The translations under genes and the position numbers were made by a program. This document shows positions 1 through 13,528 of a DNA stretch of 64,000 nt, one piece after another (positions within the stretch are counted from its first letter, which is position 1; the number at the start of each line of letters is the position of its first letter). The stretch comes from Cyanophora paradoxa CCMP329 (Eukaryota; Plantae; Glaucophyta), in NCBI GenBank assembly GCA_004431415.1, contig QPMI01000516.1, positions 62,001-126,000 of the forward strand, read 5' to 3'. Below the pieces are notes generated by a model. The model ran no database searches. It was not told the origin of the DNA and saw only the letters and a list, made by a program, of their open reading frames with translations.

Positions 1-229
1 CGCGTCGGATGCTGCGAGCCCGAATATTGGAACCCCGGACAGATATCCCGAGATATCGATTGTTACGGCAGGGTGATTTCTAGCCAAATCCGGCGCCGAG
101 CTAGTCTTCGTAGCATATTGGATAGGATTCTCGCGATCGCCTTTCTCGATTCTTGAAGCCCGAATATTACAATTAGAACCCCGGACATATATTTCGAAAT
201 GGCCGAGATGCGCGGGCTTAAGCTTGCCT

Positions 230-2986
230 GCGGGCCGGTGAAGAACTCGTTGGCCTCGTCGAGGAGGTCCTGCAGCGTTCGCCCCGGCTTCCATTTCTGC
301 GCGAGCGAGCCTCGGAGCGCGACGACGTCGACTCAAACTCGCGCCGCGTCCAAAATTAAATCGTTCGAATTGTATAATCAAGACTGAAAAAGGCGCCGGG
401 TGACGCGGCGCACCACCTCCAGCGCTTCGCCGCCGGCCGTCGGGGGCCACACCGCCAGCGCCAGCATGCGGGGGGAGCCGACTTCCTGGACGGGCTGCGG
501 CACGGCAGCCGGCACCGGCGCCGGAACCGGTGGCGCCGGCGCGGGCGGGGCCACCAATGCAGGGGCCGGCTGCGGTGCGGCAGCTGCAGCCAGCTGCAGC
601 GCCTGCACTGCAGCTGGCGCCGCGGCCAGAACCGGTGGCGCGGGCGGCGCCGCCAATCCAGGGGCCGGCTGCGGCGCGCCGGCCGGCTCTGGCGCCGGAA
701 CCGGTGGCGCGGGCGGCACAGCGAATGCAGGGGCCGCGGAGGCGGCAGGAGCAGCACAGGCCGGTGGGGCCGGTGGCCATGGGGCCGACTTCGCCGCCGC
801 AGGCGCTGAGGCCGCCGCCGAGGTGCCCGTCGCTGCAAGAACCGCGAATTTAAAAGCATTTGCGCTGAGTTCACTGCCAGCGGCCCCCTGATGAAATGCT
901 CAGCGAGTACCTCAGTAGCTCTAGGCCTTAAACTATGCGAAGGCTAGCGCTCGATCGATATCGCGATCACCTGATCATGAGCGAGATTTAAATTTGAAGC
1001 GGCTCCCGGCGCGTACGCGAGCTGGAAGCCGGCGTTAACGTTGGTGTCGACGTCCTGCATTTGCACATGCTCAGCTGCAGCATGCGCAGCCTTTATCGTG
1101 GTCGCGACCGGCATCGTATCTTGCAGTCTCCCCAATTGCGATTCCAATATTGATGCAAGGAAATGCGAACCGGAGAGGGTGGAGCCAGATCGAGATCGCT
1201 TATGTTGTCGCCGGCTTTGTGCGCGTCGAACTCGAATTTGAAGTGCGCGGGCGGAGCGACGAAGACGGGGTCAGAGCTCGATGCGCCGGTGGTCGACGTC
1301 TGCAGCTGATTGACGTCAGCGGCGTCGTTTTCGATTTAACAAATAAGTGGCGAATCCAGGGATTCCGGAGAGCGCATCAAAGCGAACCTTCGGAATCCGC
1401 GCCTCAATTGTCCCCTTGTCGTTCTGATCATGACCAAGCCTGCAAATAAATTATAAATTAATTTGGAAGCGCGTCGGAAAGACTTTTATATTCTATGCAA
1501 ATTCGAAAGACCACTCGAGCCCAGATTTCATAAGCCGCTGAGCGCGCCTGGGAGACTCTGCAGCCTTGCTCTGGCCATGGGTCGCAGCCTTCAATCCTTG
1601 GACTCGGCGGCGCTTCACGGCAGGGGCGGCCACGGGCGGTCCCTGCGCATCGGGCGCCTGATGTCGGCTGTGAAAAATCGAACGAGCTCGCGCTGGAGCT
1701 TGTGTGCACCGCGTCGACGTCTTCGGTGTCGATGTCGGAGGCGTCGAATCCGGATTCCCGAGAACCCCTCTTCGGTGCGCTCAATTGCAGCCTGCCCTTG
1801 CAGTTTCCGGGGGGCGCCGGCAGCGTGTGCGCGTCGGCGATGTTCTGCATGTCAATCGTGTCGAAGAACTCTTGCTGAAGATTGCGCGCTCTGCGGTTTA
1901 ATTTTGCGTGAAGGCGTGTGAAGTCTGCGCCGTAATTTTAACGGCGCATCGCACTCACTCGCGAATGGCCTGCATTACGACGCGGCGGCGCGCGCGGATC
2001 GCCTCTTGGTTGAAATCCTCGGCTCCCAGAATGAAGTCGAGGACGAGCTGCGCATGCGACGGGCCGGGGGGAGTCGGGCACGAACGCGTGCAGCTGGCAC
2101 TCCGGGGGAGGGGCCTCACACCTTGACGTATGTCAAGGGCACTTGGAGGAACGTCATTTTCTTCAGGTATACCTGCTTCAATTTCGAGGGGTGTCAGGGC
2201 TGGCCGCGGCGCGCGCTTTTAAACGCTGAAGGGGCCCGCACACCTCCAACGCCTTCTTTCTATCCGCGGCAGACGTGACGGAGAAGTCCTTCTCAAGGAG
2301 GATAACGAAACTGATTGATGTAGCGTCGGAAACGGGGTTCAAGGGCCGGGCTAATCACGGGGATCGGCCGCGGGGCGTACAGCTTGTGGACGCTGATCAC
2401 GTTCTCCTCCTGCCAAAACTTGTACGACGGCTTGCCTGGCGCAACGACGCCGAGCACCGGAGCTAGCGTCCGATGGAACTTCAGGGCGAGAGCCCGCTTG
2501 GAGCTGTCCCAGGAAGCGACTTTATCGGACGGCATGTTTTTCTACGGCCCAGAAAGCGCGTGAGCAAGGGCGAGCGGGAGGAGACGCGGCAAGCTTGAAG
2601 GGGCACGTGTACATACACTGTAAAATTCCACCATGCCGTGGTACCCTTCTTTTACGGTAACATTGCCCGCAAGGAGACCGGGGAACTTCTCCGCCCACGC
2701 CGTGAGAAGCTTGACGTCGGTGTGGGCCTGCGCCCCGAGTTCGAGTGGGATCGACTTCGGGGCGGGCGCTGCGTGAAGGGGTCCCTATAGCTGCACGCAC
2801 CGGCCGCGGTACCGCGCGGTGCTTCGGCGCACAAGGAACCTGCGCGCAAGGCGCAACGCAAAGCATTTCGCGTCGGCGCACGTCGCGATCAGCGCAACTG
2901 GCATGGTAATGCAAAGCATTTCTCGCGGACATCCTTGTTATTAGGGTCGCAAGCGGGGGGCCCGCCCCCGCGGCCGCTCCGTTCAC
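230..2986 (-). CDS. Hypothetical multi-exon protein with Pro/Ala-rich segment (boundaries approximate; may run off the left edge)
   Basis: Protein-like minus-strand ORF pieces at 2293-2535, 944-1147 and 378-719 (PAPPAPP repeats), separated by intron-like sequence. No recognisable domain. Confidence 0.3.
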
Positions 2987-3834
2987 AATGGCTAGCGGTT
3001 GTGGGACATGCGCGTGCGCATGCGCGCCTCGTGATCGCTCGGATATCGATTATGATCAGACTCGACGCGCGCAGGCCTCGTACCGCCGGCCTCGGTCTCT
3101 ACGTGCACAGAATTCGGACACGCGTCGGGAAATTGCAACTGCGCGACGAGACGTTATAATTAACGTCAGCCTCGCTATCCGCGTGCGCGAATTTTTCGGC
3201 TCGTGCGAAGCGTCAGAGTAAGCGATCGCGCCCGAGCGCACGCGATGACGGACCGCGAGTGGACTCGCGCCCGAACGTAGGCTTCCGGCCGCGCCCGATC
3301 GATATTGCGGATCCAAATTCGAAGGACGACGCGACATGATGCGAGCTCGAGGAGAGTGCTCGGACCTGTTTGAGAAATCGCGCATGCGCCGCGTGCCAAG
3401 TCAGTGCGCGGTGAGGGCGCGCTGCATGAAGTCCGCCGCATCCGCCGCAGTGCGCACCGGCCGCCGAAGCGTCGATTTTGTCGCGTACGCGTTGCGCGTT
3501 GGCGTCGCTTCGAATTCGGAGCGCGTCACCCGAGAAGCCTGCTGAAAGCGCGCCGGCTGTCGTCGCCCGCGCCCTCGATCCACCGCGGAGCGCGACTTCG
3601 AAGCAGAATTGGAGTTCTGCGCGCTTCGGAGTTTCCCGCTCCCGGAAAAAAATTCCCGCCCCGGCAAAAAATGAATGAATGGCGGCCAACACCCGCCAGT
3701 TGGCCGCCAATAAACGCCACGCTACGCCACGCAGCGCCACGCGGCGTCGCCAAACAACGACAGAGTGCGCCGCGAATCCCGCGATCGTATATATATCGCA
3801 ATCGGATATGTATCGATGTTGCCGATTGTGACAA

Positions 3835-4765
3835 CTAGCTCGCCCCATGGCCAGGCGCGTAGGCCACGCCGGCCTCTATGCTCATCGTGCAGCCTACGGT
3901 GCAGGTAGAGTCGACCTAATTGTATATAATCATAATCGGGCACCTCGTGCTCATCGGGGACTTGGGGAGCGGGCCGCGGCGCGGGGGCGGGGGGCGCCCT
4001 GCGGCAGCGCGCGCCTTGCCGAGGAACTGGTAGCTGCCGACCCAGAGGGCCTGCCGGTCGCGATCGTCGTCGTACGCCCAGCCGCGCACGTCGTTCACTA
4101 CCGCTGACGTGCTGCCCTGCGAGATCGAGCGAATCGATAAACAAATTAATATTGAATAGCTTCGTTATAAGAGAGCGCTTCGAATTCGGATCCGGAGGCC
4201 TATATAGCTAGGGCAGCGCCCCCAAGCAGCTGAACTTCGGAATGCGCAGGCCTAGGGGCGAGCTCGAGGCTGCGCGCCGGCTTTCTGAGAGCCGCTCAGA
4301 GACGGATGCCCGATCGCGAAGCAGAAAGCCCTGCGAGCGCGCACAGATCGGAGTTCGAGGCTTATAGCTATAGCTAGCTATAGGCAGCGCTAGCGGCACG
4401 CACTGCTGTCCGAGGGCGAGGGGTCCGGCCCCAGCGGGCGCTTGCGCGTATGCCGCTCCGAACAGCTGAAGCGACAAGAATTCGAAGAGCACGCGTACGC
4501 CTAGGGCGGCGCCGGCGACCCGCGGCCGGGCCCGAGCGGCCATCGCGCCGCGGCGCGCGCCAGCTAAGTCGGCCGGGCCGATCGTGCTCGGGCCAGGACC
4601 GCTCGGCGCTCTGGCCGAAAGGGCGCGCTCTAGATCTGCGCCGCGCCGTATACGTACACGTACGCGTGCCGCGCCAGCAGGCGTCGGGCGCGGCTCCGAG
4701 TGCCTCGCGCGCTCAGCCTGAGTCAGGTGAGCAGGCTGTGCTCGTCGAGCAGCTGCAGGCTGCAT
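3835..4765 (-). CDS. Hypothetical small multi-exon protein
   Basis: Exon-like pieces (MQPAAARRAQ..., FEFLSLQLFGAAYAQ..., DVRGWAYDDDRDRQALWVGSYQFLGK, ...AYAPGHGAS*). No recognisable domain. Confidence 0.25.
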
Positions 4766-5045
4766 GCAGCTCGCGATCGCCAGCTTGCGCAGCTCCCCCA
4801 GCAGAGCTAGCTAGTAGCTAGCGCTGGGCCGCCGCTGGCCTGCTTTAGCTAGCTGCGCTTCTTGCCGCTCGGGGGGGTACACGCAGTGAAGCTAAGGCTC
4901 GAGTCTCGAGCTTATCCGTTAGAACACATCAGCCTTGAAGTTTCAGCCGATCCAGCCTGATCCGGATCGGCGGATCCAGATCTAGAGAGAGGCTCCGTAC
5001 GACCTCCACCATTGAAGGCGACGGACTCGGACGGAGGCGCCGCTA

Positions 5046-5306
5046 CCGTAGAGCAGGAAAATACTGGACGCAGAAAATTAGTGGAGCCCGAAATTAGTGG
5101 ACCGAAAACTTGACTCAGTCCACTAATTTCGGGCTCCAGTATTTCCCTGCTGCTAGGCTGCCCCATACAGTACCCCCCAAAATTACCGCCCCATACAAGC
5201 CTGAGAAGGTTTTGGTCCACTAATTTCGGGCTCCAGTATTTTGCCTAAGGGAGGGCCAAGTTTTCTAGTCCACTAATTTCCGGCCCACTATTTTCCTGCT
5301 CTACGG
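5046..5306. mobile_element. MITE, Tc1/mariner(pogo)-like, 261 bp
   Basis: Perfect TIR CCGTAGAGCAGGAAAATA / TATTTTCCTGCTCTACGG, flanked by TA at 5044-5045 and 5307-5308. Five internal copies of AAATTAGTGGA / TCCACTAATTT. No coding capacity. Confidence 0.8.
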
Positions 5307-5620
5307 TAGCGCTAGCTCCTTCTGAGTCCTTCAAGCCTCCTTGTTAAGATTGCATGCGTATGCGGATGAGGTGGTACCGGTACGCGCGTACGGTCATCAT
5401 CACCGGGTAATCGGCGGGTATACGAGCGCTCCTCGACAGTTTGCCAAGTTGGCAGGTATCGATCCCAGCTGCAGCTTTCAGCTTCCCTGATTTCCCTCCA
5501 GCGCCGCATCCCGCGAGCACCACCTTGATCATCGCACCTGCCGCAGGCCGCTGAAGCAGCGCTTCCCGTCGTCGGCTCGGACCAGAATCCGTCGAAAACC
5601 TGTTCTCGTCCAGCACTAGT

Positions 5621-8356
5621 ATGGCAGCGGTGGCCCCGCCCTCGTCGCAGCTCATCGTCGCCGGAGAGGCGCAGCAGTATACGTACGCCAAGGGCTCCGC
5701 CTCCCCCACCGGCCGCACCTTCATCACCAGCGAGGCGCGTACGCATACAGATACAGACGCGTAGCGCTCGCCCCGGAGTCCGGAGGCTTTCGGCGCGGCG
5801 TCGACGTCGGCGTCTGACCTCCGAGCGCGGCGCAGGTCTTCCCGGACCCGGTGGAATGGTGGCAGCGCTCCCTGCTCATCCCGCACGGTGCGCCCGCCCG
5901 TGGCAGGCGCCGCGGCCGACGCGGATAACCACATACACATATGCATGTACATGGCTGACAGTTGCCGCGGCCGGCCGGCCGGCCGGCTGGGCCGCCGATA
6001 CCTAGATCTGACCGCCGATCGCCCGCAGAGCTGCTCCGCTGCGGGATGATGGACATGGAGCGCGTCCTGAGCGTGCGCGCCGCCGGCCGGGCCCGGGGCG
6101 CCCCGGGGCCCCCGCGAACCTAAAGCTTTCGCAGCCCAAGTACTTCCCGGGGACGCCCCAGCAGGACTTCAAGGTCAAGAACTTCTTCAAGTGGTGCTTA
6201 CCTTTAGATCTTATCTTCTTATCTTGAGCCCGAGCCGGGCGCTTACCATCTCTGCTTGACAGGTACAACGAGTTCTTCTTCGCTTTCACGCACCGTGCGC
6301 CCGGCCCCGCCCGCTGCTTAAGCTTCATTTCTCTTCGACATCGCTGACTCCCTTCGAATTCGGCGTGCCCTGCGCAGTCCACCACGGTACCCGGGCCCCG
6401 TCGCCAGCGCATCGCCCCGGCCCGCGCGCGCCGCGACGCGCCGCTCTGACCCAGACCCTCCTCCTCCTCCTCCTCCTTTCAACGAACCAGACGCCGAGGA
6501 GGAGATCATGATCCCGGTGTGTGCACGCCCGCTTCTCGCGAGGCGAGCCGCCCATTCCTCGTCTGACTCGCCGTGCCCCCGGCCCGGCCCCCGGCGCGGC
6601 TCCACAGTGGGTCAAGGTTCACTCCCCCCCCCCCCACCTGCCTCTACCCCCGCCGCTCAAACGCTGCCCTCCCCCCTCCGCCGCGCAGACGCGGGCGGGC
6701 ATCCCGCCCAAGGTGCAGGACGACCACGTCGGCCTCGTCCGCACCATGAACGACATCGTCGGTGCCCCCGGCCCGCCCGCCCCTGGCCCGCCCCGCCGGC
6801 GCCCCGCGAGATCGCACCGTCTACTATGGATTTTTTAAATGGGTTCGATGTAATTGCACTGTAGCTGTTAGTAGTCCTAACTTCGCCCCCGGCCCGGCCC
6901 CTGGCCCGCCCCTGGCCCGTCCCCGTCCCGCCCCGCGAGATCTAGATCGCACCTTGTATCGATCTAGAGTTCTTCATATAAAGACATGCATGTGGATTCG
7001 ATGTTATGGCGCTGTAATTATATAAGTAGTATCAACCTCGCCCCCGACCCGCGCCGCAGCGTTTGAGGCGAAGTTCGACGCTGCGCTTCGGCGCCCCACG
7101 GCCACCCAGGAGCGCGCCGACCTCGCCAACCAGTGCGTACCCCCCCCCTCTCCAATCCCTCCCTTATTTCTCGCCAAGAACTACGCGCTAGATCTAGACC
7201 TAGGGCCTAGATCCAGCGTACCACTCGCTGAGAGCCTAGAGGAGGAGCACGCCCCTTCCCGCCTGACCAGACAGCCTTCCTCTCTATCCCATCCCCCCTC
7301 CTTCCTCCCCTCCCTCCCCTCCCTCCCCTCCCGCCCCCCGGCCTCGGCCCAACTGATCGCGCCCCTCCAGGCTTCGCGCCATCGTCGCCGATTTCGTCCA
7401 GCGCATGAAGGGCCACCTGCGGGTCCGAGCCGCCCCCCTCCCCCCCCCGCCGATGTACCCCCCGTCTGACTTTTTGGTACCCCCGCAGGAGGAGGAGGAG
7501 ATCATCTCGCCGCTCCTGCGTGACCACTTCTCCGAGAAGGAGGAGGCGGCGATGGTCGAGCGGGTACGTACGCGCGGCGCGCGTACCCCCTCCTCGACTC
7601 AGGCCACCACTTAAGGCCCCTGTCTCCTTTCCCCTCCCCCCCCCCTTCCTACCTCCCCCCTCCCCTTCCGCTGCCAGGCCTCCGTACCCCCCCCTCGGCT
7701 CACGCTATTAAGCTATGATTAAAGCCCCTGCCTCCTGCCCCCCCCCCCCCCCCTCATCTCACACAAATACACCCCCCCCTTCTGATTTCTTGCTCGCAGA
7801 TCATCGGGCACATGCCGATGTCATTCCGGGGGGAGGCCCTCGCCTGGGTCGCCCGCGTCGCCCGCCAGTGGTACCCCCCTCCCGCCCCTTCCCCCCCCTC
7901 CCCCTCCCCTCACCCTCCTCCCTGGGGCCGACTAGAGCTGGCCGCGGGGCGCTACCACACCTGTTCTTCTTCTTCTTCTGATTTTTTGATCCGCAGGATG
8001 CTGCCCTCGGAGCTGGAGGCCTTCATGGGCGCGCTGCCCCCGCCCGTCCGCTTCCTCCTCAAGAACTCTTGGGCCTCCAAGGTGCCTCTAGCTTTCTCTT
8101 TAGATTCTCGCGGATAGATTCTCCTTAAGATCTGTATGATTAATGTCATTTGTTTCCTCGAACTCGCAGCACGTCCGCAACAACATCAACCTCCTCGAGT
8201 CGATCACCCAGGTGCGAATTTCCTTGAGCTCGGGCTCGGATCCGGAGCTGTAAATAATTTGTATGAGATCGAATTCGAAGCTCACGCGCCCCGCGGCCGC
8301 CGCGCGCGCAGGACGTGCCGCCGCCGCCGCCCGCCGCCTGCTGCGTGATCGCTTGA
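5621..8356 (+). CDS. Hemerythrin (HHE cation-binding) domain protein with C-terminal CaaX box; many short exons
   Basis: Manual splicing gives ...SLLIPH...FTHLHHDAEEEIMIP...QDDHVGL...MKGHLREEEEIISPLL...PPPAACCVIA*. This is the H / HxxxE / H / HxxxE pattern of hemerythrin-like folds. Confidence 0.8.
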
Positions 8357-9941
8357 GCTTAGGCTTTGCATGCTTCTTCGCCTCCGGGTCGACGTCGGCG
8401 CTCTCTCCGGCCCGGCGGCCGTGGCCTCACGATATTTCTCTAGCGATATTCATCACGTATACTTCAAGGCTTTGGTGCAGGAATCCCAGACGATTCCCAG
8501 TTCCTCTAGGCTACTTTGCATATAATGCATTCAGCTCGACACAATGTTTCTCCCCATAATCGGCTTTAATCCTCTATATGCGCTAGACTCAGAGTTCGAG
8601 TAATAGTGCTTTGCCAAGTTGCGTTCGTAATTCGAATTCGTGTATACAAGCTTTAAGCGTAGATGGGAATTAATAGCGAGTGTACTACGGTAGATTATAA
8701 TATAATACGAGAAGAAATTCTGAAATACTTTTACCGCAGTATTCGTACAGGCAGGGCGCGGGAGGAGCGCTGCGGGGGCATGCATGTGCCGTACCGGTGT
8801 GGCCATGGCCAGAGGCCCGAAGTGGTATCCTGGAAGAATTTCGAAGGGGGCAAGGGGCCGCCGTGCGGGCGGGTACCGGTGGGTATATATATACAGCCGC
8901 TGAGCAGGCCATGGCCACGGCGTGGAGCGCGCCCGGAGCGGGAAAGGGCGAAAGGCCTAAGCCGAGACCTAGGGGGGGCCGGGGCGGGCGGGCCCGGGGC
9001 GCGCGCGCGCGCGCGCTGGGCCGCGGAGCGTGAGGCCGGCGGGCGCGCGGCGACAGGCATTCCCGGCGGCCGGAGCAGATCGAATCGAATTCGCGCGCGC
9101 GGGCTGGCTCGGCCGGAGATCGATCTCGAGCCGCTGAGCCGCGGGCGGGCCGCCGAGCGCCTCCGGGGCGGCAAGATCTGCGTGCCGACGTTAGCATAGC
9201 TGGGGGCATGCGCAGGGCGTGGGAAGGGGCGACAGACCTTGGCGGGCCGGGGGCGCCCCCGCGCGGCGCCGGCCAGGCCGGCCGGCGTGGCGGCGACGGG
9301 CGGGGGCGGCCTCGATGGGGCGCTCCTAAGGCGGCGGGGCGCGCCTAACGCCTAGGCCTACGTATACGTACACGCGCGCGCGCGAGGTCAGCTGGCCACG
9401 GGCAAGCACGGGGAGACGCGAAACGCCTAGGACGGTTGTAATCTGACATGAACTGCTCGAACTGCTGTAATCTGGGCATGCGTAGCGCGCGCGCGCACGG
9501 CCGCGCCGCGCGCGGGCGCCGCGGCGGGGTCGCGGGCCGGCCGCGGGCGGACGAGCGCTAGCTCGCGATCGATGTGCCTGGACAGCGCTTCTGGAGCGCG
9601 CGATACAACCGCAGTCTACCGGTAGATGTACCGGCGCCGCGCATGCGCACCTCCATGGCCACAGCCCCGAATCAAATCGGCCGGGTACAGACGAATCATC
9701 CGCAGCATCCGAAGGGCGTTTCTTCGCACGCGCGCTGCATCACCTTCCGGAAGCCCTCGGCACTTCCAGGCTCCAGCACCCTCTGTCCGCATCCCTGGTA
9801 CGGTAGGGATCGAGGTGACGAGCTCCCGTTCCGGTCCGGCGATGATCAGATAAGCCTGTGGGCTATCCACCGTTCGACTCCAGCCACTTCGCCCGTTCTG
9901 TCAGCTCTACCCAGCACACAGCTTACAGCGGGGGCTCAACG

Positions 9942-12900
9942 ATGGCCGATGCAGCGAACAATGAAGCCGACCCCGGAGCTAGCCGAACGCAAACCGACGA
10001 TGCGGAGGAGGCCGAGCGCAAGGAGCGCGGGCGGCTTGCGGCGAAGAAGAGCAGACTTAAGAAGAAGCAAATGGTTCGCACCGATCCCGACTGCGAATCC
10101 CGCATACCACGCCCGGCCCGGCCCGTGCTCCGATCCGAGCCGAGCCCGCTGACCTGCGGTCCTCGTTCGTTCTTAGTTCTCGTCGCTGCACGAGGAGAAT
10201 GCCGCGCTTCGGGTCGAGCTCGAGTACTTGCGGGCGAAGGCACGCCGAGCCGCGCCGCGCGGCCCGATTTCGGCTGAACGCGCCCCCGGCGCTCTACGCA
10301 TGCGCAGGCCCAGCAGACGAACGTGACCGTCCATCACGAGGTTTGCCCGATCGCTTAGATTGATTGGAGTCCGACGAGCCGGCCGCCTGCGCCGCGTTCG
10401 GGCCTCGAGGGCAGATTCGATCCCGCATCGCGCAGAGCGAGAGCCAGTTCATGCGGGCATCGTACGAGTTCCTCTCGAAGCGCCTGCCTGACATGGTCTT
10501 CGCATCCGTAAAGAACGTGCTTCACCGTGCGGCCCCCGTCCCGTCCCGTCCCGCCCCGTCCCGGCCCCGGCGCCGCGTGCCGAACGCCGGCCCGCCGGCC
10601 CGCCCGCCCGCCGCGCAGTGCGCAAGGCGACCAACGCTTCCATATCGCGCGTCATCGCTGAGGTAACGCAGTCCCCCCCCCCCCGCCCCCCCCCCCCCCC
10701 CACACACACACATACACCTCCCGTCGACCCGCCCCGTCCCCCCCCCCCCCCTCCCCCCCAACGCTCTGCTCTTCCGCAGCTCTCTCAGATCGTCGCTCCG
10801 GCGGCGGCGATGGTCCGCGGGCCCGGTCCCCCCCGCGCGGCGCCCCGCGGAGCCCCCACTCACCCCGTACCCAGGAGATACAGATGTGGGTCTTCCGCGC
10901 CTGGGTACAGCTGAAGCGCGTCGGAATCGGTCCGCTCGCCGCCCTTCCTCCCCCCCCTTTCCCCTCCTGGCCGACGGGGTACCCCCGCCAGTGCCGAACG
11001 AGCCCCTCTTGGTCGCCGTCAACGAGATTGACGGCCCCAAGTACGTAAACATGTCCCCCGAGCAGCTCGCGGTACCCCCTCCCCTCCACGGCGCACGCTA
11101 CCCCCTCACCTTACTCCCCACCCCCCCACTCCTCCCCCCCCCCCCCCCCACAAGGCCTACTTTCATCACAAAGAGACGTGTATGGATCGAATCACGAACG
11201 CCATGAACAACATGAAGACCCTCCGGAGTGCGCGGTACCCCCGCGCATCGCGCCGCGGCGCTTTTCACCGTACCCCTCTGCCAGGGCTCGTGAGCGAGAT
11301 ACAGGCTGTCGGACGGCAGCTCGAGTCCGACACGGAGTGGTACGGTGCGCGCGTACCCCCCTTCTGCCCCACGTCCCGTCCCGAGGGAGGGGCGACGTAC
11401 ACCCTCTCCACCGCATTCGCCTCACCTCACGGCGTACCCCTCTTCCTCTCCCCCACAGCGGACCACGCGGCTCGGAGCATTGAGATCCTTCCCCCGAACC
11501 AGTTCGCGCATTTCCTCCGCTGGTTCGAGGAGTGCGTACCCCCCTTTCACCTTTCCCCTCCTGTCTACCCCCGCCGATCCCGCCCCCCGCCAGGCACAAC
11601 CCCCTCCTCCAGGAAACAGTGCGCCGCTTACCCTCCCTGCCCTTCTCACCCCCTACCCCCCTCCCTTACGGGCTAACGCGGGCCGGTAGGTCATCGGCCA
11701 CCGCTTCTCCATGCCGGGTACGCGGATCGCCTCCCCGGCGCCCGCCGCGCCCGACTTGGACTCACTTCGTTCGCAGCGGAACTGAAGCAGTGGGCCGCTG
11801 CGTTGGGGAAGAACGCGCCGGGGGTACGCGCCTCTCGGTCGTCCCTGCCCTTGATAGATAAGTGTCTGATTCCGTCTCCTCAGGTGGTGCAGCCTCAGCC
11901 GCAGCCTCAGCCGCATCCTCAGCCGCAGCCGCAGCCGCCGCCTCAGCCGCAGCCAACTCTGCAGCCTCAGCCGCAGCCGGTGCCCTCGACCTTCGCCCCG
12001 TTGGGACCCGCCCCGGCGCTTGTGGTCGTCAAGGCCCCTCCCAACATGTGCGCCGCACCCCCGCCCCGCGCGGCTCTGGCCCCGCCCCCCGCCCCCCCGC
12101 CTCCCGCACCGCGCGCCGCGCCTGACACCTCTCGCCCCCTCCGCAGCTCGCCTGCGCCCGCGCCTGCCGCCGCGGCTTCGCACGCGGTCCAGTCCGTGCC
12201 GAGCCCCATGCCGCATCTCTCTGCCGCCGCTCCGCCGGCACCGGCCTCGCCCTCGGCTTCAGCCTTCGGACCGGGCGGCGGCGGCGCCCCGGCGGGCGTG
12301 GCCGCGCCCTGGCCTCCCATCGCCGTGCGCATCCCAACGCTCGGCGACGTCATCGCCGCCCAGCAGGCGCAGCAGCAGGCGCAGGCTCAGCAGCAGATTC
12401 AGCAGATGGCGCAGGCGCAGCAAATCCAGCAGCTTGTCCATATGCAGCAGCAGGCGCAGCAGCAGCAGCAGCAGCAGCAGGTTTTCGCGCCGGCCCCGCT
12501 CGTCGTCATCGACCGACACGCCGCCCTCGAGCGCATCTCCCCGCGGACCCACCGAACCAGCTCGCCCCGCCTCCACATCTCGCCCCGCGCCGACGCCGCC
12601 GCCGCCGCCGCCGGCGGCGGCGCTGGCAGAGTCTTCGATTTCTCGCCCGAAGCCATCGCTGCCTCCGCGGCGTACCAGTCCTCTATGGCCGTCGACCTCC
12701 CGGCGGCGGGCCCCGGCCCCGGCCCGGGCAGCAGCAGCGGCCGCAGCACGCCGGGCGCCGAGCGCAAGCGCGCCTCGCAGGAGTTCAGCCCGGGTGCGCC
12801 CTTTTCATGATCAGCGCTTCCCCAGTACCCCGCAGCGCTTCCTTCCTCCCTCACTGACTTCGTTTGCAGGGCAAGGCGACCTGCCGGCGGCGCAGCTGCT

Positions 12901-13528
12901 CCCGCCGCGGCCCTCGGCGCCCGTCTGGTCCGGCTCTGCCCCTGGCCCCGCCCCCGCCGCCCCCCCCGGCGCTGGCATCGACCCCGAGATCCTCCGGTAC
13001 CCCTCTTCCCTCCGTGCCCCTCCGTCTTCTTGCGGCTCACGTATCCCACGCGGCAGGCGTCTCATCCGGGATGCGATCAGCAAGGAGGTTACACAGTTCT
13101 TCCAGATGGCGTCAACCCCTGTACCCGGCTCCGGCTCCGGCTCCGGCCCGCCCCTGGACCCGTCCTTCGGCGGGGTATCCCCATTGCGGGACACGAGCTC
13201 CCCCCTTGGCAGTGCGGCCCCGGCCCATACTCGCAGCCCTGTACCCCGGGCTTACCGTCTCCCCCCTCCCCTCCTCCCCTCTCAGGTTCGGAGGGCCACA
13301 CCAATTCGAATCCCGACTCGCCGCCGCCGTACGAGGCCCAGACCCCAAGGTGGGATCCTCGTTCCTCGTACCCCCCACCAGCGCCGCCTGACGCCCTTCT
13401 CTAGCCTTATCCTCGACCACCTGATCGCGGAGATTCCAGTACCCCCCGAGCACGCCGAGGCGTCGCTCGCCTTTGCCACTCGGTGCATGCAGCTCGGCCA
13501 GGGCCAGGGCCTGCCTGACCTCAGGTGA
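9942..13528 (+). CDS. bZIP-like transcription factor with Pro/Gln-rich C-terminal region (multi-exon)
   Basis: Basic region ERKERGRLAAKKSRLKKKQ near the N-terminus; helical segment ILPPNQFAHFLRWFEE; (PQ)n and poly-Q tracts at 11880-12480. Confidence 0.55.
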
